A stretch of DNA of 64,000 nucleotides from the human T2T-CHM13v2.0 reference genome, Homo sapiens: NCBI RefSeq assembly GCF_009914755.1, contig NC_060935.1; one strand, 5' to 3'. The translations under genes were made by a program, and so were the position numbers. Shown piece after piece: positions 13,238 to 26,700 of the stretch. How positions within the stretch are numbered: the first letter of the stretch is position 1; each line of letters opens with the position of its first letter. The notes below the pieces were generated by a model. It saw nothing but the letters and a program-made list of their open reading frames with translations. It ran no database searches and was not told the DNA's origin.

Positions 13238-13315
13238 GTTAAAAGCACCCGTGGCTGGACCCCAGCCACAGAAATCCTGTGTGATTCTGACATGCAGCCA
13301 GGGTCGAGGACCGCT
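13238..13315. mobile_element. MER5-like hAT-Charlie fragment
   Basis: gtgattctgacatgcagccagggtcgaggaccgct resembles the MER5 terminus. Confidence 0.45.
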
Positions 13316-14041
13316 CCTTATACTTTGCAACCTAAGCGCATGTGAAAGGGCATTGAGAGCAGGAGGAAAAGAAAATCTTTGGGCTTCTCATGTGGCTTAG
13401 TACATCTTTCTGAGACTAGCACAATGTTAGATAACAATATGGGGCAGACCTGTACTAAATATGAGAAGATTTTTTTTTCTTATTTTTTAGCACCAGAGAC
13501 CTAAGCCAGTTATGGCAGAGAGCTGGCACACATGCATATGCTGTAACCCCTCTCTTAGTCCCTACTGCGCTCTGAGATTCCCCTAACCCCAGAAGGCATC
13601 ACTAATTCATCAAGGCCCATTTTTCTGCTGAGCCCAGATATGTCCTTAGAGTGTTTCTGAACACAGTGCTTCAGGTGGTGAAGGTGAAATTTTTGCCAAC
13701 CCTGAAGCAAGCAAGTCTTGATTCATCTTAAATATGATGTAAGCATTTGCAACTATGTTGTTTTATAAAGGAGAGAGGATGAATATTTCATGTGTTTGCC
13801 TAGCCAGCTGCCTCTTAGTTTGAGACTATTTGAAAAATATAATGCAACTCTTTTCTTTGAATCTGTTTATAATCATAGAATGGTAGAATTTGAAGAAAAC
13901 AATAGGGTTCACTTTAGTACAACTCCTTTACTTTTCATTTGAATAAACTGAAACCTTAGAAAGGGGAAGTGACTTGCATATAATACGGGAGCCAGTGTGA
14001 GACAATTTCTGATCCTCCAACCTGTGTCCTTTCCCAGTAAC

Positions 14042-14353
14042 TAGGATGATCATATGACTCTGTTTGCCTTAAAGAGTCCCATTTATGTCTGTGGAATTGG
14101 CATAATTATTCTCCTTCCCTTAACTGACTATTAATAATTGTTATATAAAAGTAATATATTGTTCATTGATCAGCAAAATGAAATGCAAAGAATGTGGAAT
14201 GTAAAAATAAACCAAAATTAGTTTTCTAAAATATGAAATTCAGTAAATACAGCCACAGAAATCCTATGTGATTCTGACATGCAGCCAGGGTCGAGGACCC
14301 CATTAACTCTCAAAATTGCCCCATTTGGGATGATAAATTATATGGTCACCCTA
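14042..14353. mobile_element. hAT-Blackjack MITE (MER94-like) interrupted by a ~190-bp templated insertion
   Basis: Termini taggatgatcatat and atatggtcacccta are inverted repeats. Internal ctctcaaaa...gatgataaattatatgg matches the recalled consensus. Confidence 0.7.
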
Positions 14354-16119
14354 TCGAAAATCATACTGTTTCCGGGTATTTTCAAGGCTGAAATATAGAC
14401 ACATGGAAAGAACCCATGGCTGAGGTGTTACGAGAACCACACAGTCCAAAAGCGCACCCCCAAAGACTAATACAAAACAACCCACCTGCTGTATTGCTGT
14501 CTTAAGTGTTAATTCATTATAAATGTGAATTTAAGTTTTAAAAATTAGCCTTGTCTTAGCATATTCAACCTTGACTTCTTAGTGCCACTTAAAAACATGA
14601 CATATTTGAGTAAAATACAAATAAAGCATGAAACCGTATTCATTTCCAGACTTTTCTCCAGAGTTTCATACCAGTTGAATTAAATGGTATTCAGTGTGCC
14701 CAGAATACAATTATGGATATTTTAAAAATTGAATATTTTTAGAACAAGTGAATGAATAGTAGATACATATTCAGCAGAGTCTATGCAGCAGATATGCTGG
14801 ATCTCCAAAGCACAAAACTGATTCATGTTAAAAACAACAACAAAAATTATCAATGATACTTTTACTTTAGAATTTTATTAGAACCAGATGAGAAATCATT
14901 TAACAGCGTTTGTTCCACAAATATCTTTAGAGTTCACACCATAGGCTAGGAGCAGTTCTAGATGCTAAGTACTAAGGTCACAGTGATTCACAGTTTTAAA
15001 TCCAGGTGACTGACATGCATTCATTTTTTTCAAGTTAATATGGAAACATGTATTACAAGACTTTGAATGTACACACTCTTTGAGTCCTGTTTTTGTTTAT
15101 TTTATTTGTGGCTAGTATACAGTTAGGCTTATCTCCAGGGCTGTTTAGAATTAGTTAGAGAATTAGGTGAACTTTGAGGCACCTTTTGGTAGGGCCAAGA
15201 TAAGGAAGTTAATGAAGGGTGCCAAGAGATTTTCTTGTCTAAAGTATTCAAGTCACTCTGTGTCTCCAGAGTCATGACCTTTTTATGAAGTGGGAACTAA
15301 GAGTTTCCAAAGTACATACTTGTATGTCATTGGTATTGCCATCAGGAAGTCATTACTCTGTCTGCTGAGCTATCTTAGGGCCTGACCACCTCACCAGCCC
15401 CTGCCAATCCAGGCCTCTCTCACACTTACCACGGCTTTCCCAGCAGTGGTGGCAGGAATGCTTCTCTGAATTAGTCAGCACCCTCCGTGTCAAGAACACT
15501 TTTACAAAAGGACATTTTGGGAAATAAAAGGCATTCTGAATTTCTTTTGGAAACCATGAAAGCATGTTCCCATGCATGACGCTGGGCAACTTAATGATTC
15601 TACCATCAAACAGATAACCTTCACCATATAACTAAATAAATGTCCTGTAGCCCCAAAACACCTGTTTAGTTTTCCTTTGGGAACTTTTCTCTGCTTTGTT
15701 CATTTGGAATCATAAAACATGATATGACATGGGGTTCAAGTCATCCATAAACAACATGTTGAACTTGGCTTCACAAATGTCAAATAAATCAGATCCTCAG
15801 TGATTCTGTATCTACATGAAAACCCTTCCCTCACCTTCAGTTTTGTCCTATTCTCCCAACTCTCACAGGATTCATGTGCCTCAGAGCTACAATATCTAAT
15901 GACACACATCCTTTTCTTTCCTGAGATTCCTTAGGGTGAGCACAAAACATAAGAAGGTCCTGTGGGTTTTAAGTTGTAAAGATTCCAATGAACTAAACGC
16001 AAGAACAAAGCATCCCAACACTGACAAAAACCTCCTAGCAAGATGGACAAGGGCCTCTGCATAAACTAGTTCTTTATTTTGTAAGGGATATTATTATACT
16101 TTTTATAATACAATGTTAG

Positions 16120-16370
16120 TATTTGGCAACATGGGCTTTGTAGCAGGTAATTTTGCATCCCAATCTCAACTCTGTCACGAAACAGATGAGTCACCTCAAG
16201 CAAGCCACCTAACTTCTCCGCACCCTAGTCTTCTTGTTTGGAGGTGCCAATACCTACAACATGGCAGTTGCTATGAGGATTACATGAGTTTATGAATGCA
16301 GAGTATCAGCATGAGGTCTAACTGTAGTAAGAATTCAGTTAATATTAGCTACTGCTGCTATTATTATTAT
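16120..16370 (+). mobile_element. MIR
   Basis: caagccacctaacttctccgcaccctagt...tatgaggattacatgagtt...aatattagctact. Confidence 0.65.
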
Positions 16371-17019
16371 TCCTATCATCTGTTAGCTTCTCTGAGGCAA
16401 ACATGGGGTTTGGCTCACATGTTGCTGTGAGAAATGAGTCTATGTTGGATCTTCCACTTCATCAGAGACATCAGAGCCCTGTCTCTGATGAAGTGGAAGA
16501 TCCAGTGGCTGCATCCCCATCCTTTAGTGAGGACTATTCTGGATACTTTCTGACTTATCCTGGGGTGGAAAGTGCAAGACAGTGCCTTAAGGCACCCTCG
16601 GTGCACATGAGGTAGAATTTGTCAAGGGCTCTGTGGCCACACCAGGCCAAAGGTATCTTAGTGGGTTTTTCCCAGTTCCTCATGTGCCATCCCAGGATGG
16701 CCGCCTTTAGTGGCTCTTTGATAGTCTTCTCTTTGCCTAAAACCAACTGGCATTTTTTAGTGTTTGCCATGTCCCAAGAATTATCCCAAGTTTTAAAAGC
16801 TTACCCATTCTCTACACTACTAATGTTGTGGAATGATAGCAGATAGTCCATTAACTGACACCAGAATTAGCATTTCCCTGGACTAAAGAATGACTAATGT
16901 TCACTGGAGTGATTTTAAACCAGCACCCTGATGCCTTCTTATCCAGACCCCTGCCCCACTTCAAATCCTGCTGTCTCTAACAAACCCGTGCAAATCAGGA
17001 CCTAATTGTACAAACAACT

Positions 17020-17180
17020 TAAACCTTCCAAAACAGTTTGAGTTCCTAAGAGGTCCTTGAAGCCCATGAACTTGTTAATAAATTTTGGCATGTGTATATG
17101 TTTTTCTAGAGAGAAAGTCCATAATTTTCATCAGATGTTCAAATGGGTATGTGATCTAAAAATGGTTAAGATAAACTAAC
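17020..17180. mobile_element. hAT-Charlie fragment
   Basis: gaaagtccataattttcatcagatgttcaaatgggtatgtga...ggttaaga terminus. Confidence 0.5.
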
Positions 17181-17829
17181 TCCTTAACACTTTTTTTTCA
17201 GCCAGTAACTCTAGTTAAAAATTTCAGCATGCAGCCCCCGACACTCCCTGGGAAACATATGCACACACCTGGGGGGATCATTGTCCTCTGAAGGCTCCCC
17301 AGCTCTGTCACCGGGCTGCCATGGTGTTTCAAAGCACTATTGTTCTGGGTTAAGAAAGACTGTCCACCAAAGCCTTGGACAGCAAACAGGAGATTCACTC
17401 TCTTTGAGAATTTTTTTTAAAAAATAGGAAGATTCTGTGGGAGAAAGGGGTACTACCAGTCTTAAACATTACAGAAGTGTTCCTCATGTTAATGTCTTAG
17501 AAGCTCAGAGATGAGTGAGGATGTCTGAAGGGTTTCTGGCACAGGGGGATGAAAAGGTTGAAGGAATCGGTACTGTATCTGCTTGGAAAAGAGTTGAGGA
17601 ATCACAAGGAGCATTGGCTGTTATGAGCAAGGGAGGAATAGAGAGTATCCAGGTAGAAACAGAGACCCATAAGGAGCAGGAATAATGAAATGCCTAGGAG
17701 GATGGGGTTATCGTCCCTCCAAACATAAAGTAGCACTACGAAGCCATTTTAAGAGGAATTCTACCCATAGTGCCCAGACTGTGGTATTTACATACCGTTT
17801 ACCTTGGAAAGGAGTCAGGATTCCTCATA

Positions 17830-18050
17830 GAAATGGATAATTGCAGGTTTGGGGCAGGAGCCTAGGGCATCTTTTCCTGCCAGAAAAGCCTACTGGAATC
17901 ATGGTAAAGCATGACAAGAGGAGACTTAAATGGATTTCCACTGATCAAAGATGGGATAATATGAACATCAAAAAGAATAATGGGATGAGTATAACAGACT
18001 GAAACACATGAAATAGATTAAAAAAAACCCAAGTGTTTACATATATTTAT
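17830..18050 (+). mobile_element. Old L1 (L1MC-like) 3' fragment
   Basis: Similar to 26650-26830 within the large L1 block. Confidence 0.45.
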
Positions 18051-18105
18051 CCTCAAAAATAAAATCATTTAACTCTTACAGTTACTCAGTGAAGCAGGTG
18101 CTATT

Positions 18106-18995
18106 TGTGGTAGGCAACAGAGCTCTCCTTCACTTCCCCAAGAAGATGTTCATGTTCTAATCTTTGGATTTGTGAATATGTTATGTTACATGGCAAATGG
18201 GACTTCGCAGATGTGATTAGGGTATAAATCTTAAGACACAGAGAGGATCCTGGAGTATCCAGTTAGGCCCAGTCGAATCACATGAGCCCTTAAGCAGAAG
18301 AAGAGAGGCAGCAAAAGGGTAAGTAAGAGATTCAAAATGTGAGAAGGACTTGAGACATCATTTCTAATTTGAATATGAAAGCAGCAACATGACAAGGAAT
18401 TAACGCAGCCTTAAGGAGCTGAGAGAGACTCCCAGCTGACAGCCAGCAGGGAAACCAGGGGCCTCCGTTCTACAACCACAAGGAACTATATTCGGTCAAA
18501 CAACCTGAATGATTTTGGGGCAGTCATCCCCAGAGCTTCCAGAAAGAAACACATCCATGCCAACCCTTGATTTCGGCCTTGAGTCCTCACCTACACAACT
18601 ATGAGATAATCAGTGTTTTAAGCTTCTAAGTTTATGGTAACTTTTTTTTTTCTTTTTTTTTTTTTTTCCAGGACAGGGTCTCACTCTGTCACCCTGGCTG
18701 GAGTGCAGTGGCACAATCACGACTCACGGTAGCCTGGACTTGCTGGGCTCAAACAATCCTCCCACCTCAAGCCTCCCAAGTAGCTGACACTATAGGCATG
18801 TACCACCACACCCAGATAATTTTTGTATTTTTTGTAGAGGTGGGTTTTTACCACGTTGCCCAAGCTGGTCTTGAACTCTTGGGCTTTAGTGACCTGCCTG
18901 CCTTGGCCTCCCAAAGTGCTAGGATTATAGATAGGCGTGAGGCACTGCACCCAGCCTATAGTAACTTTTTATGATACAAATAGAAAAATAACGTA
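18106..18995 (+). mobile_element. MLT1D-like MaLR solo LTR, inserted in a MIR and containing an Alu
   Basis: tgtggtaggca...gaatatgttatgttacatggcaa...gactttgcagatgtgatta-type consensus. 5-bp TSD ctatt/ctact; MIR sequence resumes at about 19000. Confidence 0.8.
18642..18956 (-). mobile_element. Alu (J-type), antisense
   Basis: Poly-T then reverse Alu; TSD tatggtaactttt/tatagtaactttt. Confidence 0.93.
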
Positions 18996-19544
18996 CTACT
19001 GTCATGCCAGTTTTACAGATAAGGAAAGAGAGGCAAAGCAAGGTTAAATAACTAGAGTAGATCAGGGTTTATATCCAGGTTCCAGATCCTGTTCTCTTAA
19101 CCACTACACAATGCTGTCTCTTAAAAGCAAGATGAAAATTTTGATATCTGTTCTAATGCAGGAAAAGAAACTCACCTGGCCCTACTAGTTATGAAGGAGA
19201 CACTCTTAAGATGGTGGCTTAGGGAACATGATGCCACCTGTGGCTGTCAGATTGTCTTATAGTCAGCCATTCAAAGAAGAGAGCAAAATACTTCAGCCTT
19301 CTCATAGCTCTAACTTCAACCCACTGAGCTTTTGGGCCCCAGAGACACACATTACCAAAAATGAGAAATTATGAATTTTAGCACCTTTCCCCATACATCT
19401 GCCAAATCAATCTGAGTTACTGCATCATCAGAGCAAGTTTAAATGAAACTAGAACATGGCTCTTTCAAAGAGTTAATGGATGAAAATACATAGTAATATA
19501 TGATACCTGGTATTTATATAATAATTATTTAAGTAATAAGGTTC

Positions 19545-19853
19545 TTTTTTTCTTTTCTTTATTCTTTTTTTTTTTTTTTTTTGAGACAGAGTCTCACTCT
19601 GTCGCCCAGGCTGGAGTACAGTGGCACAATCTCGTCTCACTGCAACCTCCACCTCCCAGGTTCAAGCAATTCTCCTGCCCTCCTGCCTCAGGCTCCAGAG
19701 TAGCTGGGACTACAGGTGCATGCCACCACGCCCGGCTAGTTTTGTATTTTTAGTAGAGATGGGATTATCCCCATGTTGGCCAGGCTGGTCTCAAACTCCT
19801 GATCTCAAGTGATCCACCCGCCTTGGCCTCCCACCGAGCCACCGCGCCCGGCC
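19545..19853 (-). mobile_element. Alu (S-type), antisense, with a ~22-nt deletion in the left arm
   Basis: Reverse Alu lacking aaagtgctgggattacaggcgt; flanked by ataagg on both sides. Confidence 0.93.
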
Positions 19854-20517
19854 ATAAGGCTCATTCTTAAGCTTATTTTCCCTATAACTCTGGGATACTT
19901 AAATCAGGTGTTATCATTACACTCATTTCCAGTGAGAAATTGAGGCACAGACTGCTTAGGTGGCCTGCTTAGGTATACATAGGTAAAGAGATATAAACCT
20001 GCTTCTTCTCAAAATCATATACGAGTCCAGGAACATTTCCTACACATTTATATATATGAAATACACAATTTAACTCATTATTGAAATCATCTGGTATAAT
20101 GAAAGGAGCACCAACTCAGAATTAGGCAACCCAAGTTCAAGTCAGCACTTAACCAACTGCTGTCTGTGTAACTACAGAAGGCAGTTCAGTCACTTTGAGA
20201 CTCAGTTTCTTCAGCATAAAGAGAATAAAACTTTACATGCCTCATAAATTTTAAGATGAAATACGCTATTACAAGAAGATTCTTGGAATCTGTGATATGC
20301 TAGACACATACAGACTTTATTAATGTTTGTTTCTCAACTTAAAATTAGCTATAAAATATGTGTATGGCTATTATTGTTATTTATGAAAGACAGCAGAGAC
20401 AGCCATGTCCAAATTATAATCTAAAAGTTACATTGATTTGATTCAGGGACTCATGTGATTTTGTGGTTTTAATGTTTTTCTTATTCAAGTAATCCTTTAG
20501 ACTTATAAGGATAGGAA

Positions 20518-21075
20518 GGCCAGGCATGGTGGCTCACATATGAATCCCAACATTTTGGGAGGCTGAGACGGGAGGATCACTTGAGGCCAGGAATTCAACA
20601 CTAGCCTGAATAACACAGTGAGAACTTATTTCTGCAATAATAATAATAATAATAATTTTTTAATTAGCCAGATGTGGTGGTCACGTGCATCTATAGTTTC
20701 AGCTACTCAAGTGGCTGAGGCAGAAGGATCACTTGAGCCCAAAGGTTCAAGGTTATAATAAGCTATGATCATGCCCTGAGACCCTGTCTCTAAAAAAATT
20801 AAAAGGCTGGGTACAGGGGTCATGCTTATAATCCCAACACTTTGGGAGGTCAAGGCAAGAGGATTGCTTGAGCCCAGGTGTTCCAGACCAGCCCAGTATT
20901 TACAAAAAATAAAAAAAACCAGACAGGTATGGTGGCACACACCTATAGTCCCAGCTACTTGGATGGCAGGATGATCCCCTGAGCCTGGGAGGTCGAGGCT
21001 GCAGTGAGCCATGATCACACCACTATACTCCAAAGACCCTGTCTCAAAAAGTAATTAATTAATTAAAATAAAATT
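20518..21075 (+). mobile_element. Two tandem AluJ units (20518-20803 and 20805-21075)
   Basis: Four Alu arms in series; outer flanks aggataggaa/aagataggaa. Confidence 0.88.
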
Positions 21076-21567
21076 TAAAAGATAGGAAAATCAGCTTGTA
21101 TCTGTATGCTCCACAGCCAAACTTGAGATTAAAAAGCTCTTTCAGATAATCTCCAAAATTCTAAAGCCTCACAAAGGCAATTAATGAAATTGGCCAGTCT
21201 TTCTGCAAAACGACCTTCATGTATTGGGGCTGGGAGGGCTGTGACCTGAATTCCTAAGGTTAGTCTTGACCTTCAATGCTTTGAGGAGTTCATTCTTCCT
21301 CTCTCATCTCTAACTGCTGTGTTTGGAGTTTCTAATTGGCCTGCTTCCTTTAAAAGTAGGTTTTTACCTTGAAGATGTGGACTTTGTTTTATGGCCTCCC
21401 TTCATCCTGAACCTACTTAAAAGTGGAGAAGAAACAAATCACTTTTGCCAAAGCTGCTCTATGATTCACTAGAACAACAGACTCCCACAGGGCATCTCCC
21501 TCATCAGGGTTTTTCTTTCGTCTCCTTTTGTGTCATCTGCCTCTTGGCAGTGAAAAAGGCAGTGGCT

Positions 21568-21924
<357 letters not shown>

Positions 21925-21968
21925 CTACAAATGTATATAGATAAAATAAGGCAGCAAGCCAAATCTTA

Positions 21969-22290
<322 letters not shown>

Positions 22291-23789
22291 GAAATTTTAC
22301 TGTATGTATAGATCTGGGCTTAACAACTTATGAGGAGATCAATTTTTGAAAATAGATTCTAATTTTAAAGGGACCAGGGATCTTTATATTTAAAATAACC
22401 TCATAATGAATGTTCATGAAAAGAGAATGGAATCAGTTATCTATTTTGTAAATTAGGATTTCTCTATAGCAAAGTACATAATATCTGTACACATTGTATG
22501 TATAAATGTTAACATGCATTTACTTTTAATGTGTGTGTAACTTAATGCACACGGAAATGATAGGATGGGGTGAATACAGAATTAGCTCTGTAATACCTGG
22601 GGTTGAGTCTGGCCTTGACATAGGACTTTAGGCATATCTTTTAACTTCTCTAATTCTCATTTTCCCCACTGGTAAACCAGAAATAATAAAGTCTAGGAAA
22701 TGAATGTGATACAGATTTATAAACTGTAAAACAAGTACAAGCTGATGTGATTTTTCTACTTATACATTCAAAAAGAAAACTTACAAGCTTGAGGAGAATA
22801 CAAGGGGCTTCACCCTTGAAATCACAACTATAGAATGTTTTAAATACGGTTTTGAAATGCCAGCAGAGGCAGAAGAGAATTTCAGTAATTCAGGACTTAA
22901 TTGGTTCTAATAAAAGACAGTGCCTTCACCCTACTGCTCGCCCCATGGACACTTTATACCATGAGCCTTTGTGAAGCAGAGCTTGGCATCTACCCAGACT
23001 TAGCTTAGAAGAGCCTGCAAAACCCGAAGTGTTTGTGGTGGGCAGCATTGAAACCAGCTCTGAAGAGATTTCCTATATTCGGGTTTCCTCCTGCTTTGAT
23101 TTCATTGTACTTCTTTAGGCATTTCAATTACCATTTTGAACACAACATCTTTGAGAGTTACTTTGCTTTGTTTGTTAGTTCGGGAGCTCACAAATGGCCC
23201 CGACTGTGGGAAATAAAAAGTAAATGAGGAGAAGGAAGTCTTTTACTGAGAAACACTTGTTCTGACTGTAGATTAGGCGTAAGACAAAGCAAGCAAAAAG
23301 AGGCAAGCTTTTCAAGAGCACATCAACTTTGAAACTTCATGAAGGTCAGGGCAGGCTTGCTGGCCGGAAAGGCTTTTTCCTCCCATTAATATAACTGAAC
23401 ACAAATATTTTAGCATCTTGACTAAGTTAACTTGAACTTTCTGAATGAAAGAATTGGCATTCAAAGAATCTAGTATGGTTCTGCAAATACAGTGGAGATA
23501 AGAACAATACCCAAAACTTTACTGGCACACTTTTTAACCCTTTTTCTACCACAAAGTACTATAGGGCAAAGCTTGTCCCATGTCCAGCTGACTCTGAATG
23601 GCAAGTTATCCCGGCATAGAGGTGGTAGCACCACCATTTGTCTCTCCCTCAAAAAAGGCATATTTGTACCAAAGTGAGTGATAGTGCAGCCATTTATGCA
23701 AATAGCCATAATCTGGTTGCATTTATTTTTAAAAGTAAATAATGTTCTGGAATACAGCCAAACACTAGGATAATATTTAATGGAGAATA

Positions 23790-26700
23790 ACTAGAGGATT
23801 TTTTTTCTATTAGTCAGGAATCAGACAGGGACATCACTATATTCAGTACTATTTACTGTCATGCTGTAATAGCCAATGCAATTAGACAAGATAAACCAGT
23901 TTGTGTCATAAAGAAAAAGGTAAAACTATCTCTGTTTGCATGTAGTATAATTATATATCTGAAAAACTCAAAAGACTGAAAGGAAAAACTTCTATAAGTG
24001 ATAGGAAAATAACAGGTTAAAAATTTAATATACAAAAATCAATAGCCTACATATATATAACCAAAAAAAACAGTGAAATATATATTGGAAGAGAAGACTC
24101 TATTTAGGGTAGTACATATATAAACTTTAAAAAGTGTTCAAAACCTATTTAAGGAAAACTAAATGTTCCCAGAAAAGTAAAACAGTAGATTGAACAAATG
24201 AAAAAAGACAAACCATATTCTTGGATAGGAAGACTACATTAGAAAGAAGTCAGTTTTCCTTTATTAACCTGTCATTATAGCATAATTGCAATTAAAAATA
24301 CTATCCAGTTTCTATCAGGTGCTATACAGGTTTATTTAGAAGAACAAGTGAGAATAGCAAGGAAAACCATGAGAAAGAAGAAAAAGAGAGCCTAGCCTTT
24401 CCAAACATTAAAATGTACTATAAAGCCTCTATAATTAAAACATGTTGGTACTGATACATGAGAAGTCAGATAAACCAATGGAACAGAATAGAAAATCCAG
24501 AAATATGCTAACTGCATGTGTAAATATAGAGTACAATAAAGGTGGCTTCTCAAATCAGTGGGAAGTGATGGTCTTTTAAAGAGTGGCATTGAGATAAATG
24601 GAGAGCCATATGGAAAATAATCGCAGTATGCCAGGAAAAATTGCAACTCGATTAGCGATGTAAATGAAAGAAAAGAAAACATACAAATGCATGTTTTAAA
24701 ATGAATGTGTTCATTTATAACCTGAAAGCTCAAAAAATATTCTAAACTGTGAATTAACATCCAGAAACAATAAGGAAAAAGATTGATGTATTCACTTTTG
24801 CATGGCAAAAAAAAACACCATAAGCAAAATAAAAATACATGACAAAATTGAAAGCGTATTTGCAATTTATATCACCAAACTTCCAAAAATAAAGAATGAG
24901 AGGCCATCTAACCTATAGAAGAATGAGATGAGATACAAATAATTTAACAAAAAAAGAAATGCAAATGGATCTTAAATATATGAAAAGTTTCTCCAACCTC
25001 ACTCAAAAATAAGAGAAAGGTAAATGAAAACTATACTGAAATGCCGTTTCTCATCTATCAGATTGGCAAAAAATCTAGAAGTCTTACTACATATTATGTT
25101 GGCAAGGTTGTGAGAAACAAACATTCTTATATATTATTATGGGAATGCAAAATGATAAAACCTTTGAGTAGGGGAAATATGGAAACATATATAATAATAA
25201 AACTATATAAGCACCTGTACTTTGATCCAACCATCCCAATTCTAGAACCAAATATATGCTAGCAAAAAATATTTTAAAAATGGGCACAAGGCTCTTCCTT
25301 GCACACTGTTTCTAAGAACAAAAATTGGAGACATCTTAAATGAACACCAATAGAAAACTAGTTGAATTAACTGATTCATCTACTCACTGGAAGAGTATCT
25401 CTGTACTTCTGTGGCATTATCTTCAGGATATAATGCAGGGTTTCTCCACAGCAACACTACTGACATTTTGGGTCAGATGATTCTTTCTTGCGGGGGCTGT
25501 CCTGTGCATTGTAGGATGTTTAGCGGCATCCCTGGCCTGTACTACTGGATGTCAGTAACAGCCCTCCTCCAAGTGTTACAACCAAAAATGCCTCCAGACA
25601 CTACTAAATGTCCCCCGGAAGACAAAACCCTCCCCAGTTGAGAACTGATGTTAATGTTATGTTAACTGTAACTGTAATGTTAAATGAAACAGCATGGCAG
25701 GGAAGAGTGTATATAGTATGTTTATATTAACAGAATGTTTGATGAGTAAACCATACATATTTTTAAAGTTATCTGTAGGAGAAGGGAATAGAGTGTAGGG
25801 GGAAGGTATAGAAGCTGAACTGCTTTGAATATATCTCTTTTGTAAATTTGACTTTGGTACCTTTATATATAATATTAAATTAAATATTTAAAAAGCAAGT
25901 CTAAAATTTGAACACAAGTGGAAACAAATGATGTTAGATGCATATCTAGTTGGTGGCACATCTACACAGAGAAGAACTATTCTAAGTGACTTTAAACATG
26001 CTGGTTTGACTTTATATTCCTAGTTGGATAAATTCCTGGTTATTCTTGCTTGTTCTTCTTAAACCTGTATAGCACCTGATAGAAAGTAGATAGTATTTTA
26101 AATTGCAATTATGCTATAATAATTGCAATTATTTATCCAACTAGGAATAAATTATAATTTATTTTATTATTATAATGATATAAATACATAATTATAAAAT
26201 AAAAAGAACTACAAAATAATATTAAAATTATTTTTAATGATCATAGTTATAATATAATAAGAATGTTGGAATTATTCTGAGATTTTTGTGCATGTGGTTC
26301 AAATAAAGCAATGAATAATTTTGATGATGTCATTAAGCATGAGAAATTTCAGCATGAGAAAAAGGAGATACCAATGTAAAAATAATGAGATTAAGTAAAA
26401 ACCTTGATGCTCTAATTTTGAATAGGAAGTAGCAATATGAACTCGTGCAATATTTACTTTTAAAAAACCACAGACCTTTCCTGACTCTGTCCATTGAATG
26501 AAACCGAAGCATAATAGCCAATCCAGTAGCAATAAGTATTCCTAGCAGCGGATCATGGTCTCTAAATTCTAACTAAAAAGAAAACAAGCCATTCTGGAGA
26601 AATGGATAATGGGAAAATGCACAAGATAACACTGGAAAAAATTACTGGTAGCAATTATCAGAAAGCAAGGAAGCTATCAAAGAATACTAGAGTTATGTCA

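Noticed and set aside
24392-24865. 157-aa hydrophobic minus-strand ORF
   Set aside because: Antisense to an A-rich decayed L1; T-richness explains the Phe/Leu content and the lack of stops.
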